From contig OZ255842.1 in assembly GCA_965277805.1 (NCBI GenBank), positions 5,408,001-5,472,000 of the forward strand: 64,000 bases of DNA. The letters are read 5' to 3'. This DNA is from Candidatus Lustribacter sp. GTDB taxonomy: Bacteria > Vulcanimicrobiota > Vulcanimicrobiia > Vulcanimicrobiales > Vulcanimicrobiaceae. Below the pieces are notes generated by a model. It searched no databases. It saw only the letters and a list, made by a program, of their open reading frames with translations, and was not told the origin of the DNA. The position numbers were made by a program, and so were the translations under genes. Positions 8,408 through 17,892 of this stretch are shown piece by piece; within the stretch, counting starts at the first letter, position 1, and each line of letters begins with the position of its first letter.

Positions 8408-9496
8408 TTAGATCGGCTCGAAGTCGCGCAACTGCGGGATAACGTCGGTGCCGAAAAGGCGGATCGATCGCATCAGATCGTCCTCGGCCATCTCGCCGAA
8501 GTTGAACTCGCCGAAGAACGTATTGAACGAACCCTCGACCGCCCACTTGCGTAGTTGTGCGGCCACGGTATCTGGGGTGCCGAGCAAAATCAATTCGTGC
8601 TTCAAGAGATATTCCGGATCGAGGATGTTCATGGTGATTTCAGCGGAGTCGGGTTCGCCGCGCGCCAGGAAGTATTCGGCCGTCTCGACTTGCTTGCGGC
8701 GGATCTCATCCTTGTCGTCGGAGTAGGAGAAGAAGCCTTTGTAGGCGTTCGCCGCATCGTCGAGCGCGACGTCGAGCGCGCGCTGATACGTTTCATCGAC
8801 GTAGACGACCGTGCTGAAGGCGATGTTCGGCGTGCCGGGCCAGCCCGCGGCCTTCCAACCGGCGATGTAGGGCGCGTAGCGTTCCTTTGCTTTCGCGCGC
8901 GGAAACATCAAGAAGTAGCCGGTGTGCAAGCCTTCACGCGCGCAGAATTCGAGCGTCGGAATATCGCGCGTTTCCATCCACATCGGCGGATGCGGACGCT
9001 GAATGGGCATCACGCTGAGATCGAAGTCGGTATACGGAATACGCTGGCCGTCCCACGTGACGTGCCCGTCGCCGGCATATGCGGCTTTCATGAAGCGCGC
9101 GAACTCGAGCGTCACCTCGCGCCGGTCGGGAAAGCTCGCCTTATACGGTTCGAAGTAGGCCGGCAGAATGCCGGGCACCAAACCGACTTCGGTGCGTCCG
9201 CCGGTCAACTGATCGGTCAGCGCGATCTCCTCGAGCAACCGCACCGGATGATGCAAGGCAACGACATGTCCCATTGCGCCCACGCGCAAACGCTTCGTTC
9301 GCGCGGCCGCGGCGACAGCGTAGAGGTTGGGTGAGGACATCCAACTTTCTTTGGGCGTGAAATGATGTTCGACCGAAAATCCGTAGTCGAATCCGAGTTC
9401 ATCGGCCAGCACCAACTCGCGCCACAACTGTTCGTAGCGCTCGTGCGGCGACATGCCGCGCTTGCCCCAGACGTGCGCGAAATGCGCGAATCTCAT
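8408..9496 (-). CDS. Luciferase-like (LLM) flavin-dependent monooxygenase
   Basis: ADELGFD...EHHF, RTKRLRVG, HPVRLLEEIA.TD.LTGGR, PIQRPHPP. Confidence 0.92.
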   Translation of the reverse strand: MRFAHFAHVWGKRGMSPHERYEQLWRELVLADELGFDYGFSVEHHFTPKESWMSSPNLYAVAAAARTKRLRVGAMGHVVALHHPVRLLEEIALTDQLTGGRTEVGLVPGILPAYFEPYKASFPDRREVTLEFARFMKAAYAGDGHVTWDGQRIPYTDFDLSVMPIQRPHPPMWMETRDIPTLEFCAREGLHTGYFLMFPRAKAKERYAPYIAGWKAAGWPGTPNIAFSTVVYVDETYQRALDVALDDAANAYKGFFSYSDDKDEIRRKQVETAEYFLARGEPDSAEITMNILDPEYLLKHELILLGTPDTVAAQLRKWAVEGSFNTFFGEFNFGEMAEDDLMRSIRLFGTDVIPQLRDFEPI

Positions 9497-9546
9497 CGAC
9501 GGAAAACCTCCGCGGTGCAGGGCAACGCACACCGTCTAGCCAAAAG

Positions 9547-9554
9547 TGTATTCA
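9547..9554. promoter_or_regulatory. Putative GntR/FadR-type operator (TGTATTCA, 1 mismatch to TGTATACA)
   Basis: In the divergent promoter region, immediately before a TATAAC -10-like hexamer. Confidence 0.35.
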
Positions 9555-9607
9555 GTATAACCACGAGCTGAGTGAGGGTCAACCCTCCACTCCGAGGAGA
9601 ATCGCCC

Positions 9608-10546
9608 GTGATACGCCGACGCGCTCTGCAACTGCTCGCCGGCACCGGCGCGGCCCTCGCAGCGTCCCCCGTTGCTGCACAAAATCTCATTCCGATCCGG
9701 GTCGGAACGTTCGCGTCCGAATCCACCGGCGGCATTTTCTATGCGCAAGATCAAGGTTTTCTTGCCAAGCACGGATTGACGGCAGTTATTAACATGGCCA
9801 CCGGCGGAGCTGCCGTCGGCGCTGCGCTGCTCGGCGGCGATCTCGATCTGGGTGAAGCCGACGTCGTGACGGTGGCGATCGCCCATGACAAGGGTATCCC
9901 GTTTCAGTTCGTCGCTCCCGGCGAGCTGCACACCAACACGTATCCGACCTTGGCCGTTGTCGTCGGGTCAGCGGCGATTCAGAGCGGCAAAGATTTCAAC
10001 GGTAAGACGATGGCCTGCAACGTCGCGCGCGGTTTCGGCTCGCTGATCACGAACGCGTGGATCGACAACAACGGCGGCGACTCGAAGACCGTGAAGTGGG
10101 TGGAAATGCCCTTCGGTTCGCTCGTCGCGGCGACGCAAAAGGGCACGATCGACGGCTACTGCGCACCCGAACCGTTCGTCGATCTCGGCGGCGCGGCCGG
10201 CTTGCACGTGCTGCTGATGGACAAGAACCCGATTGCAACCAGTTACATCCAAGGCGGCTGGTTCGCGAGCAAAGACTGGATCAAAGCGCATCCGTCGATC
10301 GTCAATGCCTTTAGCCTGGCGATTCGCGAAGCGAACGAGTGGGCGAATGCCAATCCTGCTGCGACCGCCGCGATCATCTCGAAGTACAGCAAGGTTCCGG
10401 TCAACGTCATCAACAGCATGAAGATGCGCGGGCAATACGAAGCCGTGTTCCATAAACCGACGATGCAGCCGCTGATCGACACCGCCGCCAAGTACGGCTA
10501 CATCTCGAAGTCCTTTCCCGTTTCCGACATCATCGCCAACACGTGA
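9608..10546 (+). CDS. Solute-binding protein, SsuA/THI5 (NitT/TauT) family, Tat-like signal
   Basis: GAGGAG RBS before GTG 9608; RRRALQLL; QGFLAKHGL, DFNGKT, PEPF, WANANP. Confidence 0.85.
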   Translation: MIRRRALQLLAGTGAALAASPVAAQNLIPIRVGTFASESTGGIFYAQDQGFLAKHGLTAVINMATGGAAVGAALLGGDLDLGEADVVTVAIAHDKGIPFQFVAPGELHTNTYPTLAVVVGSAAIQSGKDFNGKTMACNVARGFGSLITNAWIDNNGGDSKTVKWVEMPFGSLVAATQKGTIDGYCAPEPFVDLGGAAGLHVLLMDKNPIATSYIQGGWFASKDWIKAHPSIVNAFSLAIREANEWANANPAATAAIISKYSKVPVNVINSMKMRGQYEAVFHKPTMQPLIDTAAKYGYISKSFPVSDIIANT

Positions 10547-11793
10547 TCGACGTCGGGAACCTGATCCAGGGCGCCCGCATTCACGGGAGCTTGTATCGCG
10601 ACCCGGAGGTCTTCGAGCGCGAACTAAACGAAATCTGGTACAAGGTCTGGGTGTACGTCGGCCACGAGAGCGAGATTCCCAAGCCCGGCGATTTCGTGCG
10701 GCGCGCGATCGGCCGCCAGCCGGTGATCGTCGTGCGGGGTTCGGACGGCAAGGTCAACGCGTTCTTCAACCGCTGCCGTCATCGCGGCAACATGGTTTGT
10801 CACGCCGAGCGCGGCAACGCCGCCGCGTTCACGTGTCCGTATCATGGCTGGAGCTATGCTAATACCGGCGAGCTGCTGCAGCCCACGTTTGAAGAAGGCT
10901 ACGATTCGAATCTGCAGCGCGAAGACTTCGCGCTGATTCCGCTGCCGCGCGTGGACGCGTATCGCGGTCTGATCTTCGCCAGCGTCCGTCCCGAGGGCAT
11001 CACGCTCGACGAACATCTCGGTGGCGCTAAAGAGTTCATCGATCTGTTCATGGACCTCTCGCCCACCGGCACGGTAAGTCTGCGCGCCGGTAATCAGAAA
11101 GTGCGCTACGGCGGCAACTGGAAGTTCATGCCCGAGAACTCGATGGAGGGCGATTATCACGGGCCCTTCATCCACAAAGTCGCCTTCGATCTGCACGCGA
11201 AGAAAACGGGGTTCGACGTCGCCTCGCTCTACGAGAACGAAATCCCCGACGTGATCCGCTCGCTCCCGGGCGGACACATGGTGGAAGATTATCGCGGCGC
11301 CACGATCGCGCCGCCGAAACGCCCGCCGAGTGCTGCACGTATCGCGTACGCCGATGCCATGAAGAAGGCATACGGCGAAGAGAAGGCCGGCCGGCTCTTG
11401 GGCACGATGGCGCCGCTGATCTACATCTTCCCGAACCTGATGTATTTGATGACGCACATCCGCGTCGTGCAACCGGTGAGCGTCGACGAAACCTACGTCT
11501 ACTACCAGCCGATGATGCTCGACGGCGCTCCCGACGAGATCAACGAAGAGCGCCTGCGGATGCACGAGTTCATGTTCGGTGCGGCCGGGTTCATCTCGCC
11601 CGACGACATCGAGATCATGGAACGCATTCAGTCGGCGGTCAACGCGGGCGGCAACGAATGGCTGTTCATCGGTCGCGGCGAGCATCGCGACACGATCTCT
11701 CCGGACGGCGGCTCGACCGGATACACGATGGATGAGAACCATATTCGCGGATTCTGGAAGCACTACTCGGGCGTGATGAACGCAGGTGCGTGA
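10543..11793 (+). CDS. Rieske aromatic ring-hydroxylating oxygenase alpha subunit
   Basis: NRCRHRG...CPYHGW Rieske motif; NWK..EN..DYH....H mononuclear Fe ligands; PDD.E. Confidence 0.95.
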   Translation: MIDVGNLIQGARIHGSLYRDPEVFERELNEIWYKVWVYVGHESEIPKPGDFVRRAIGRQPVIVVRGSDGKVNAFFNRCRHRGNMVCHAERGNAAAFTCPYHGWSYANTGELLQPTFEEGYDSNLQREDFALIPLPRVDAYRGLIFASVRPEGITLDEHLGGAKEFIDLFMDLSPTGTVSLRAGNQKVRYGGNWKFMPENSMEGDYHGPFIHKVAFDLHAKKTGFDVASLYENEIPDVIRSLPGGHMVEDYRGATIAPPKRPPSAARIAYADAMKKAYGEEKAGRLLGTMAPLIYIFPNLMYLMTHIRVVQPVSVDETYVYYQPMMLDGAPDEINEERLRMHEFMFGAAGFISPDDIEIMERIQSAVNAGGNEWLFIGRGEHRDTISPDGGSTGYTMDENHIRGFWKHYSGVMNAGA

Positions 11794-12253
11794 GACGCAA
11801 ATCCAAGCGTTCCTCACGCACGAAGCTCGGCTGATGGACGAGGGCCGCTACCGGGAATGGCTGGATCTCTGGACCGACGACGCGCAGTACTGGGTGCCGT
11901 GCAACGATGACGACATCGATCCGGTGCGCCAGGTCTCGATCATCTACGACGACCGCGACCGGCTCACGCAGCGGGTTGACCGGCTTCTGAGCGGCTCGGT
12001 GCTCTCGCAGCAGCCGCGGCCGCGCATGCGCCGCGTCATCTCGAATCTCGAAATCGGGCCGGACCTCGGTGCTGAGGTGACCGTCGAGTCGAACTTCATC
12101 CTCGGCATCGCGCGCAACGCGACGAAACAGCTCTGGATCGGGCGTTCGATCCACACGTTGCGCGAAGATGCCGGCGCGTTGAAGATCGTCCGAAAGAAAG
12201 TGCTGCTGATCGACAACGACCAGGAGATTCCGCTCTTGCAGTTCCTCATCTGA
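11786..12253 (+). CDS. Ring-hydroxylating oxygenase beta subunit
   Basis: FLTHEARLMDE..Y.EWL.LWTDD..YWVP..SIIYDD..KKVLL. Confidence 0.92.
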   Translation: MRETQIQAFLTHEARLMDEGRYREWLDLWTDDAQYWVPCNDDDIDPVRQVSIIYDDRDRLTQRVDRLLSGSVLSQQPRPRMRRVISNLEIGPDLGAEVTVESNFILGIARNATKQLWIGRSIHTLREDAGALKIVRKKVLLIDNDQEIPLLQFLI

Positions 12254-12477
12254 TGCGCATCGCGATCGACACCTCGAAGTGTCAAACCCACCAGCGCTGC
12301 ACGGTCGTCGCGCCGGCGGTGTTCGGCCTGAACGCCGCCTCGAAGGCCGAAGTGCTCGATTCGCACGGCGCGGACGACGCAACGGTGCTCAAGGCGGCGA
12401 AGTCGTGTCCCTACCGCGCGATCACCGTGACCGACGAAGCGACCAACGAACAACTCTGGCCCCGCATTGTGAAGTGA
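12253..12477 (+). CDS. 3Fe-4S-type ferredoxin (CxxHxxC...CP)
   Basis: IDTSKCQTHQRCTVVAP.VF...SCPYRAI. Confidence 0.88.
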   Translation: MRIAIDTSKCQTHQRCTVVAPAVFGLNAASKAEVLDSHGADDATVLKAAKSCPYRAITVTDEATNEQLWPRIVK

Positions 12478-13362
12478 GTGAACGTGATGATGGAACACAA
12501 CCGGTTTGCCTATTCGCCGATCAGCCGCCGCCCGAAGGTGGAACTGCCCAACGGTGCGCGCGTGGCCGTGTGGATCACGCCCAACGTCGAGCACTACCAC
12601 TACGACAAACCGGCGATGTCGCTCACACAGATGACGGCCTCGCTCAAGCCGGACGTGCTGAACTACGCCTGGCGCGACTACGGCGTCCGCGTCGGTATCT
12701 GGCGCATCATGGATATTCTCCAGCGCCAAGGCTTCGTCGCGACGACGGCCGTCAACGCCGAAGTGTGCGAGCACTATCCCGAGATCATCGAAGCGGGCAA
12801 TAGCCTCGGCTGGGAGTGGATGGCGCACGGGCCCAACAACTCGATGCTCTTCACCGGCATGCCCGAAGAGGTCGAGCGCCCGATCATCGCCGGCACGCTC
12901 GACGTGCTGGCAAAGTGCCTCGGCAAACGCGCGCGCGGCTGGCTGAGCCCGGCGCTTACGGAAACCGACGTCACGCTCGATTTGCTCGCGGAAGCCGGCA
13001 TCGAGTACGTCGCCGACTGGTGCAACGACGAGCAGCCCTACACGATGAAGACGCGCAAGGGCTCGATCGTGGCGCTGCCCTACACGCTCGAAGTCGGCGA
13101 CATCCCCGTATTTCTGTTCAACGGCGGCAGCGGACAAGATTTCGAGAACATGATCGTCGACCAGTTCGATCAGATGTACGAGGAAGGCGAAACGGTCCCG
13201 CGCTTCCTCTCGATCGCGCTACACCCGTTTCTCGTCGGCCATCCGTTTCGCGCCCGCCACCTCGAACGCGCGCTCGCGCACATCCGCAAGCGCCAAGACG
13301 TCTGGATCACGACCGGCAGCGAAATCCTCGACTGGTACAAGTCCTCGGGAACGCGCCCCTAG
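12478..13362 (+). CDS. PuuE-like CE4 (polysaccharide deacetylase-fold) hydrolase
   Basis: LPNGARVAVW..NVEH..YAWRDYGVRVGIWR..HG..GWLSP..LHPF..G.PFR. Confidence 0.85.
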   Translation: MNVMMEHNRFAYSPISRRPKVELPNGARVAVWITPNVEHYHYDKPAMSLTQMTASLKPDVLNYAWRDYGVRVGIWRIMDILQRQGFVATTAVNAEVCEHYPEIIEAGNSLGWEWMAHGPNNSMLFTGMPEEVERPIIAGTLDVLAKCLGKRARGWLSPALTETDVTLDLLAEAGIEYVADWCNDEQPYTMKTRKGSIVALPYTLEVGDIPVFLFNGGSGQDFENMIVDQFDQMYEEGETVPRFLSIALHPFLVGHPFRARHLERALAHIRKRQDVWITTGSEILDWYKSSGTRP

Positions 13363-14684
13363 CTCAGCAGCCAGCGAGCGATCGCGATCGCCTCGGTGTC
13401 GCGATGTTCGAAGCCCACGAGTTGCACGCCGAGCGGCAGCCCGTCGACGGCGAGCAACGGCAGATTGAGAGCGGGCGCGCCGATGGCGGAGGATGCGTCG
13501 TTGTACCACGGCGTTCCGGTCGGCGGTTGTCCGACTTGTCCCGGGCCGATGTGCGCGAGCGTGATGAAGCCGTCGACCTTGTGTTCAAGCGCACGGTGCA
13601 TCGCGCGCAAACGTGCGCGCGCCGCGCACGCGCGCTCGTAGTCGGCAGGCTGCAATTGCGATGCGCGATCGATGTAGCCGAGCATCGTCGCGCTGAAGGC
13701 GTCTGGCCGGCGTTCGCGCCACGCCAGCATCGGCCAGCGAATCTCCCACAACATCAGATCGAAGAACCACTCCGGCAAACTGGCCGTCGCCGCTTCGTAT
13801 TCGGCGAGTTCCGGCGACGCCGCCGGCTCGAGAATCTCGATGCCCGCCGCCGCAAGCCCGCGCAGATGCTCTTCGAACACCGCTTTCGACGCGTCGTCCG
13901 TGTGCTGCCAGCCGGCCGTGTATTGGCGCAGGAGCCGTTGTGGCTTGCGGGCCGCCGGCATGTTCGCATCGGGGCCGAAGTGCGGCACATAGCCGGGATC
14001 CCCGCCGGCCACCATCGCGATGTGACACGCCACGGTCCACACATCGGGCAGCGCGCCGCCGAGCAGGCCGAGATGGTTGATGCTCGGTGAAGGATCGACG
14101 CCGCCGAAACGATTCAGCGCGCCGAACGTCGGCTTGAATCCGATCACGCCGCAGATCGACGCCGGGCGGATCACCGAACCGCGCACCTGACTGCCGGTCG
14201 CGATCGGCAGCATTCCCGCCGCCACGGCCGCCGCCGATCCGGAAGACGAACCACCCGGCGTACGCGTGAGGTCCCACGGATTCCATGTTGGTCCGGGCGC
14301 GGCCATCGTCAATTCGGTCGTGACGGTCTTCCCCAAGATGACCGCACCGCCTCGGCGCAGCGCGTCGACGTGCGCAGCGTCGACCGCTGCATCGGGTGTA
14401 TCGTCGAAGTACGCGCAGTTCACGCGCGTCGGAAAACCGCGCACGTCGAAGCAGTCTTTGATCGCCACCGGCAAGCCGTCGATTGGGGAGAGCCGCGTCC
14501 CCGCGCGCCGTCGCGCGGTCGCAGCATCGGCCGCGCGGCGGGCGCCGTCGATATCGAGGCACACGAACGCGTGCACGTCGGGCTCCGAACGTTCCAGCGC
14601 TTCGAGGCAGCGTTCGAGAATGACACGCGGCGTGTCGTTGTTCTCGCTAAAGGACCGAAACCGTGCGGTCTTAGGGTCGTACAT
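13359..14684 (-). CDS. Amidase signature family protein
   Basis: GLPVAIKD, LGKT.T.E, TPGGSSSGSAAAVA, GS..RPA. Confidence 0.92.
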   Translation of the reverse strand: MYDPKTARFRSFSENNDTPRVILERCLEALERSEPDVHAFVCLDIDGARRAADAATARRRAGTRLSPIDGLPVAIKDCFDVRGFPTRVNCAYFDDTPDAAVDAAHVDALRRGGAVILGKTVTTELTMAAPGPTWNPWDLTRTPGGSSSGSAAAVAAGMLPIATGSQVRGSVIRPASICGVIGFKPTFGALNRFGGVDPSPSINHLGLLGGALPDVWTVACHIAMVAGGDPGYVPHFGPDANMPAARKPQRLLRQYTAGWQHTDDASKAVFEEHLRGLAAAGIEILEPAASPELAEYEAATASLPEWFFDLMLWEIRWPMLAWRERRPDAFSATMLGYIDRASQLQPADYERACAARARLRAMHRALEHKVDGFITLAHIGPGQVGQPPTGTPWYNDASSAIGAPALNLPLLAVDGLPLGVQLVGFEHRDTEAIAIARWLLS

Positions 14685-15981
14685 CGACGCGTTCCGCGGT
14701 TCCCAGCGCAAAAACGCGCGCTTCGAGATCGGCTGCAGCTTGCGCGCTCAGAAACGGCGCGGTCAAGGCCGCGAACTTTACGTGCGTCCGCGTGCGCCGC
14801 CGGCCGGGATCGCGATCCGCGAGACGTTCGTCGGAGACGTTTTCCAGCAGCCGGCCATCACGCAGTGCGATCGTCGCGCGCGATTCGGCGACGTCGAGAT
14901 TCGGGATCGCTTCGACCGAGATGCGTGCACGCAGCGCAGCGATATCATCCGCATTCGCAACGGCGGCGCTATAATTCTCGAGCACTGCCGTATCGTACCC
15001 CAAGAGTGCCATTGCCGCGACGGTGCGCACGCTGAACTTCATTTCCAGCGCGGTCTGCGGCGCAAGGATGTCGCAGACACGCGCGGAGCTGGGCGCTAGC
15101 TGCAAGCAAATCGCCTCGACATCGCTCGCTCCAAACGGCGTGCTGCGTTGTAGTGCGTGCATGTTTTCGATACTGCCGTGCGCCAGCGCGCAGGCCGCGT
15201 GTTCTTTCATCAGCGTTTCGAGCAGCAAGAAGCGGCCGTGACTGGCGGCGAGCGCACCGGCCTCGACGTGCGGCGTGTGGGCGGCAAGAAACCCGGCGCC
15301 GGGTTCGAGCGGCGACCGCGCTGCGGTAAAGCCGCGTGCCCCCAGACGCGCCGCTAAGGTGCCGGCGGCCGCTGCGGTGCCGGCGTGCAGCGGTTTCGAC
15401 ATCGTGCCGACCGCATCGGCTAAACCCGCGGATTGCGTTGCGGCCAGCGCGAGCGCCGTTGCGAACGCGGCCTCGTCGAGACCCAGCAGCACCGCCCCGC
15501 CGGCGGCGGCTCCGATCGGTCCCGCGATTGCAGTCGGATGGAACGCCGTTTCGAGATGCCGGGGCCCGAGCAAGAGTCCCACACGGCACGCCGCCTCAAC
15601 GCCCGCGATGAAGGCTCGCAGCGCAGCCTCGCCCGAAGCGCCGCCGGCTTCGGCCAGTGCCAAAACGCACGGAAAGACCGTCGCGGTCGCATGGCCGTTG
15701 AGGGTCCGATTGCAGTCGGAATAGTCGAGCGCATCGCCGGCCGCGCCGTTGAGCAACGCCGCGCTATGCGGCGCGGTGCGTTCGAGGCGTCCGATCAGGC
15801 CGGACGGGGCGCTGGGCGCCGTCAGAATCTCTGCCAGCAACATCGCCGCGATCGGTTCGTGCATCCCGGCCAGCGCCGTGCCGAGCCAGTCGAGGATGCA
15901 GCACTGCGCGGTCACGCGCACGTCGTCGGGAATCTCGCCGGCCGCGATCGACCGGATCTCGGCGACGAAGCGCGCCGTCAT
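14671..15981 (-). CDS. MmgE/PrpD family protein
   Basis: ILDW.G..LAG, ALLNG...ALDYSD..GH, FHPT..G, KPLHAG.AA..G, K.HA.C. Confidence 0.88.
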   Translation of the reverse strand: MTARFVAEIRSIAAGEIPDDVRVTAQCCILDWLGTALAGMHEPIAAMLLAEILTAPSAPSGLIGRLERTAPHSAALLNGAAGDALDYSDCNRTLNGHATATVFPCVLALAEAGGASGEAALRAFIAGVEAACRVGLLLGPRHLETAFHPTAIAGPIGAAAGGAVLLGLDEAAFATALALAATQSAGLADAVGTMSKPLHAGTAAAAGTLAARLGARGFTAARSPLEPGAGFLAAHTPHVEAGALAASHGRFLLLETLMKEHAACALAHGSIENMHALQRSTPFGASDVEAICLQLAPSSARVCDILAPQTALEMKFSVRTVAAMALLGYDTAVLENYSAAVANADDIAALRARISVEAIPNLDVAESRATIALRDGRLLENVSDERLADRDPGRRRTRTHVKFAALTAPFLSAQAAADLEARVFALGTAERVDVRP

Positions 15982-16004
15982 ATTCGGAGGTGATTCGGTA
16001 ACCG

Positions 16005-16015
16005 TAATGTATACA
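16005..16015. promoter_or_regulatory. Putative GntR/FadR-type operator TAATGTATACA
   Basis: Palindrome TGTATACA in the 41-bp divergent gap; identical 11-mer at 17849-17859. Confidence 0.5.
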
Positions 16016-16022
16016 CTATAGC

Positions 16023-16847
16023 ATGCTAGCGACCCGAAGAAGCATTTCGGTCAAACGCCTCTCGCCGCACATCGGCGGCGAGATCAGCGGCGTCGATCTC
16101 ACTAAGCCGGTCAGCGACGAGCAGATCGCCGAAATCAAGGACGCCTTGATCGAGAACGGCGTGATCTTTTTCCGCGATCAGCCGATGGATCTCGAAACCC
16201 AGGTGAAGTTCGGCCGCCGCTTCGGCGACCTGCATATTCACTCGGGGATGAAGGGGCTCGACGACAAGTATCCCGAGGTCCGGCCGATCCACGCCGACGC
16301 CGATTCCAAGCACATCGCGGGCGAAGACTGGCACACCGATCTCTCGTGCGATCCGATTCCGCCGATGGGCAGCATCCTGCACATCTGGGAGCTTCCGCCC
16401 CTCGGCGGCGATACGTGCTGGGCCAGCATGTACGCGGCCTACGATGCGCTCTCGCCGCGCATGAAGACGCATCTCGAAGGCATGACGGCGACGCACGACG
16501 GCCGCATCGCATTCGGCCGCTTCAATCCGTCCGGAACGTACCCGATCTCGGTGCATCCGGTCGTTGCAAAACATCCTGACACCGGCCGCAAGCTGCTCTA
16601 CGTCAACCGCGGCTTTACGTCGCACATCAACGACGTCTCACCCGAAGAGAGCGCCGCGCTGCTCAACTACCTCTACGCGCATCTGGAAAAACCGCACTTC
16701 CACGTGCGTTTCGTCTGGGCGAAACACACGGTGGCGTTCTGGGACAATCGCTGCACACAGCATCTCGCGGTGTGGGATTACTTTCCGCAAACGCGCAACG
16801 GCTATCGCGTACAGATCGAAGGCACCCAGCCCCCGATCCCCGCGTAA
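16023..16847 (+). CDS. TauD/TfdA family Fe(II)/2-oxoglutarate dioxygenase
   Basis: IGGEISGVDL, WHTD, GGDT, HPVV..HP.TGRK.LYVN, WDNRCTQH. Confidence 0.95.
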   Translation: MLATRRSISVKRLSPHIGGEISGVDLTKPVSDEQIAEIKDALIENGVIFFRDQPMDLETQVKFGRRFGDLHIHSGMKGLDDKYPEVRPIHADADSKHIAGEDWHTDLSCDPIPPMGSILHIWELPPLGGDTCWASMYAAYDALSPRMKTHLEGMTATHDGRIAFGRFNPSGTYPISVHPVVAKHPDTGRKLLYVNRGFTSHINDVSPEESAALLNYLYAHLEKPHFHVRFVWAKHTVAFWDNRCTQHLAVWDYFPQTRNGYRVQIEGTQPPIPA

Positions 16848-16850
16848 GCG

Positions 16851-17645
16851 CTATCTCTTCGCGATCCCGAAGGCGCGCGCGAACCAGCGTTTGAGCGTCT
16901 TCCGTGGCGGAGCCGCGGGCGTCGGCGCCGTCTCGGCAACGTAGATTTGCATTGATGCTGCTTCCAGCGCCGTGAACTGCGCGACGCTTCCGCCCGGCGG
17001 ACGCAAACGCGTTACGACGCTCACGGCTCGTGTTGCAGCGCGCGCCGTCGTGCGCGCGATCAACGTGAGCGTATCGCTGCTCTCCGGCAAGAGCGTTTCC
17101 AAACGGTGCCACAGCGCCATCACGTGCGCGACGTACGCTTGCGTTTCCGCAATCGGCGGAACGCCGCCGTAGCGCGCTACCGCGCCGGGACCGGCGTTAT
17201 AACTCGCGAGCGCCAGCGTGTAGCGGCGTTCGGTGCCGTCGGCGGCGTGCTGCGCGATCATGCGCCGCAGATAACGGGCGGTGCCGTCGAGGTTTTCGTA
17301 AGCGTCGAACGGCAGCACGCCGAGCGCGCCGGCAGTATCGGGCATGAGCTGGCCGAGTCCGCGCGCGCCCGCGTGCGAAACCGCCTGCGACTGCCAGCCC
17401 GATTCGACGCCGACGATCGCGACCAGCAGCCGCGGATCGAGACGATAGTACGACGACATCATCAGCACGTGCGCGGCCATGTCTTGCGACTGCGCGGCCG
17501 AGAGCGCGGGGTTGAACGAATGTAAGACGGCAGCGTAATGCGTGACGGCATCCGAGCTTGCCGCTACCGGCAAAGGCAGCGCGCAGACGACGAAAGCGGA
17601 GACGAGAACACCGGCTCGCCGTAGGGCCGCGGAGAGCACCGTCAT
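16851..17645 (-). CDS. Secreted lytic transglycosylase (SLT domain)
   Basis: Signal peptide; VES, GARGLGQLMP.TA, ALASYNAGPG, ETQAYV. Confidence 0.9.
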   Translation of the reverse strand: MTVLSAALRRAGVLVSAFVVCALPLPVAASSDAVTHYAAVLHSFNPALSAAQSQDMAAHVLMMSSYYRLDPRLLVAIVGVESGWQSQAVSHAGARGLGQLMPDTAGALGVLPFDAYENLDGTARYLRRMIAQHAADGTERRYTLALASYNAGPGAVARYGGVPPIAETQAYVAHVMALWHRLETLLPESSDTLTLIARTTARAATRAVSVVTRLRPPGGSVAQFTALEAASMQIYVAETAPTPAAPPRKTLKRWFARAFGIAKR

Positions 17646-17848
17646 TCTTGCCTGTTCGGACGGCGAGCGGCAAAACTGAGTCCGCTAACCTTTGTGCTCA
17701 GCCGAGCGAGCTTGCCTCAATCCGGGCCGGGCAGCGCGCGAGCACAAGGGATTGTGGCTACACCAAGAGCTGGAAGGCCACGACCGATGCAATAGTGATG
17801 GGCAGCACAGCCGCGACGGCCCGTTCGGTCGTCCTTCGGTCTGGTGCT

Positions 17849-17859
17849 TAATGTATACA
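17849..17859. promoter_or_regulatory. Putative GntR/FadR-type operator TAATGTATACA
   Basis: Identical to 16005-16015; 33 bp upstream of the dehalogenase start. Confidence 0.45.
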
Positions 17860-17892
17860 GCACGCGGATTTTAGCGAGGGGCCCTGCTTTTT

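Noticed and set aside
9570-9592. Hairpin before the SBP ribosome-binding site as a riboswitch
   Set aside because: Single short stem with no recognisable aptamer features
17646-17848. Small ORFs or an ncRNA in the gap between the transglycosylase and dehalogenase genes
   Set aside because: No convincing start/RBS, motif or stable structure
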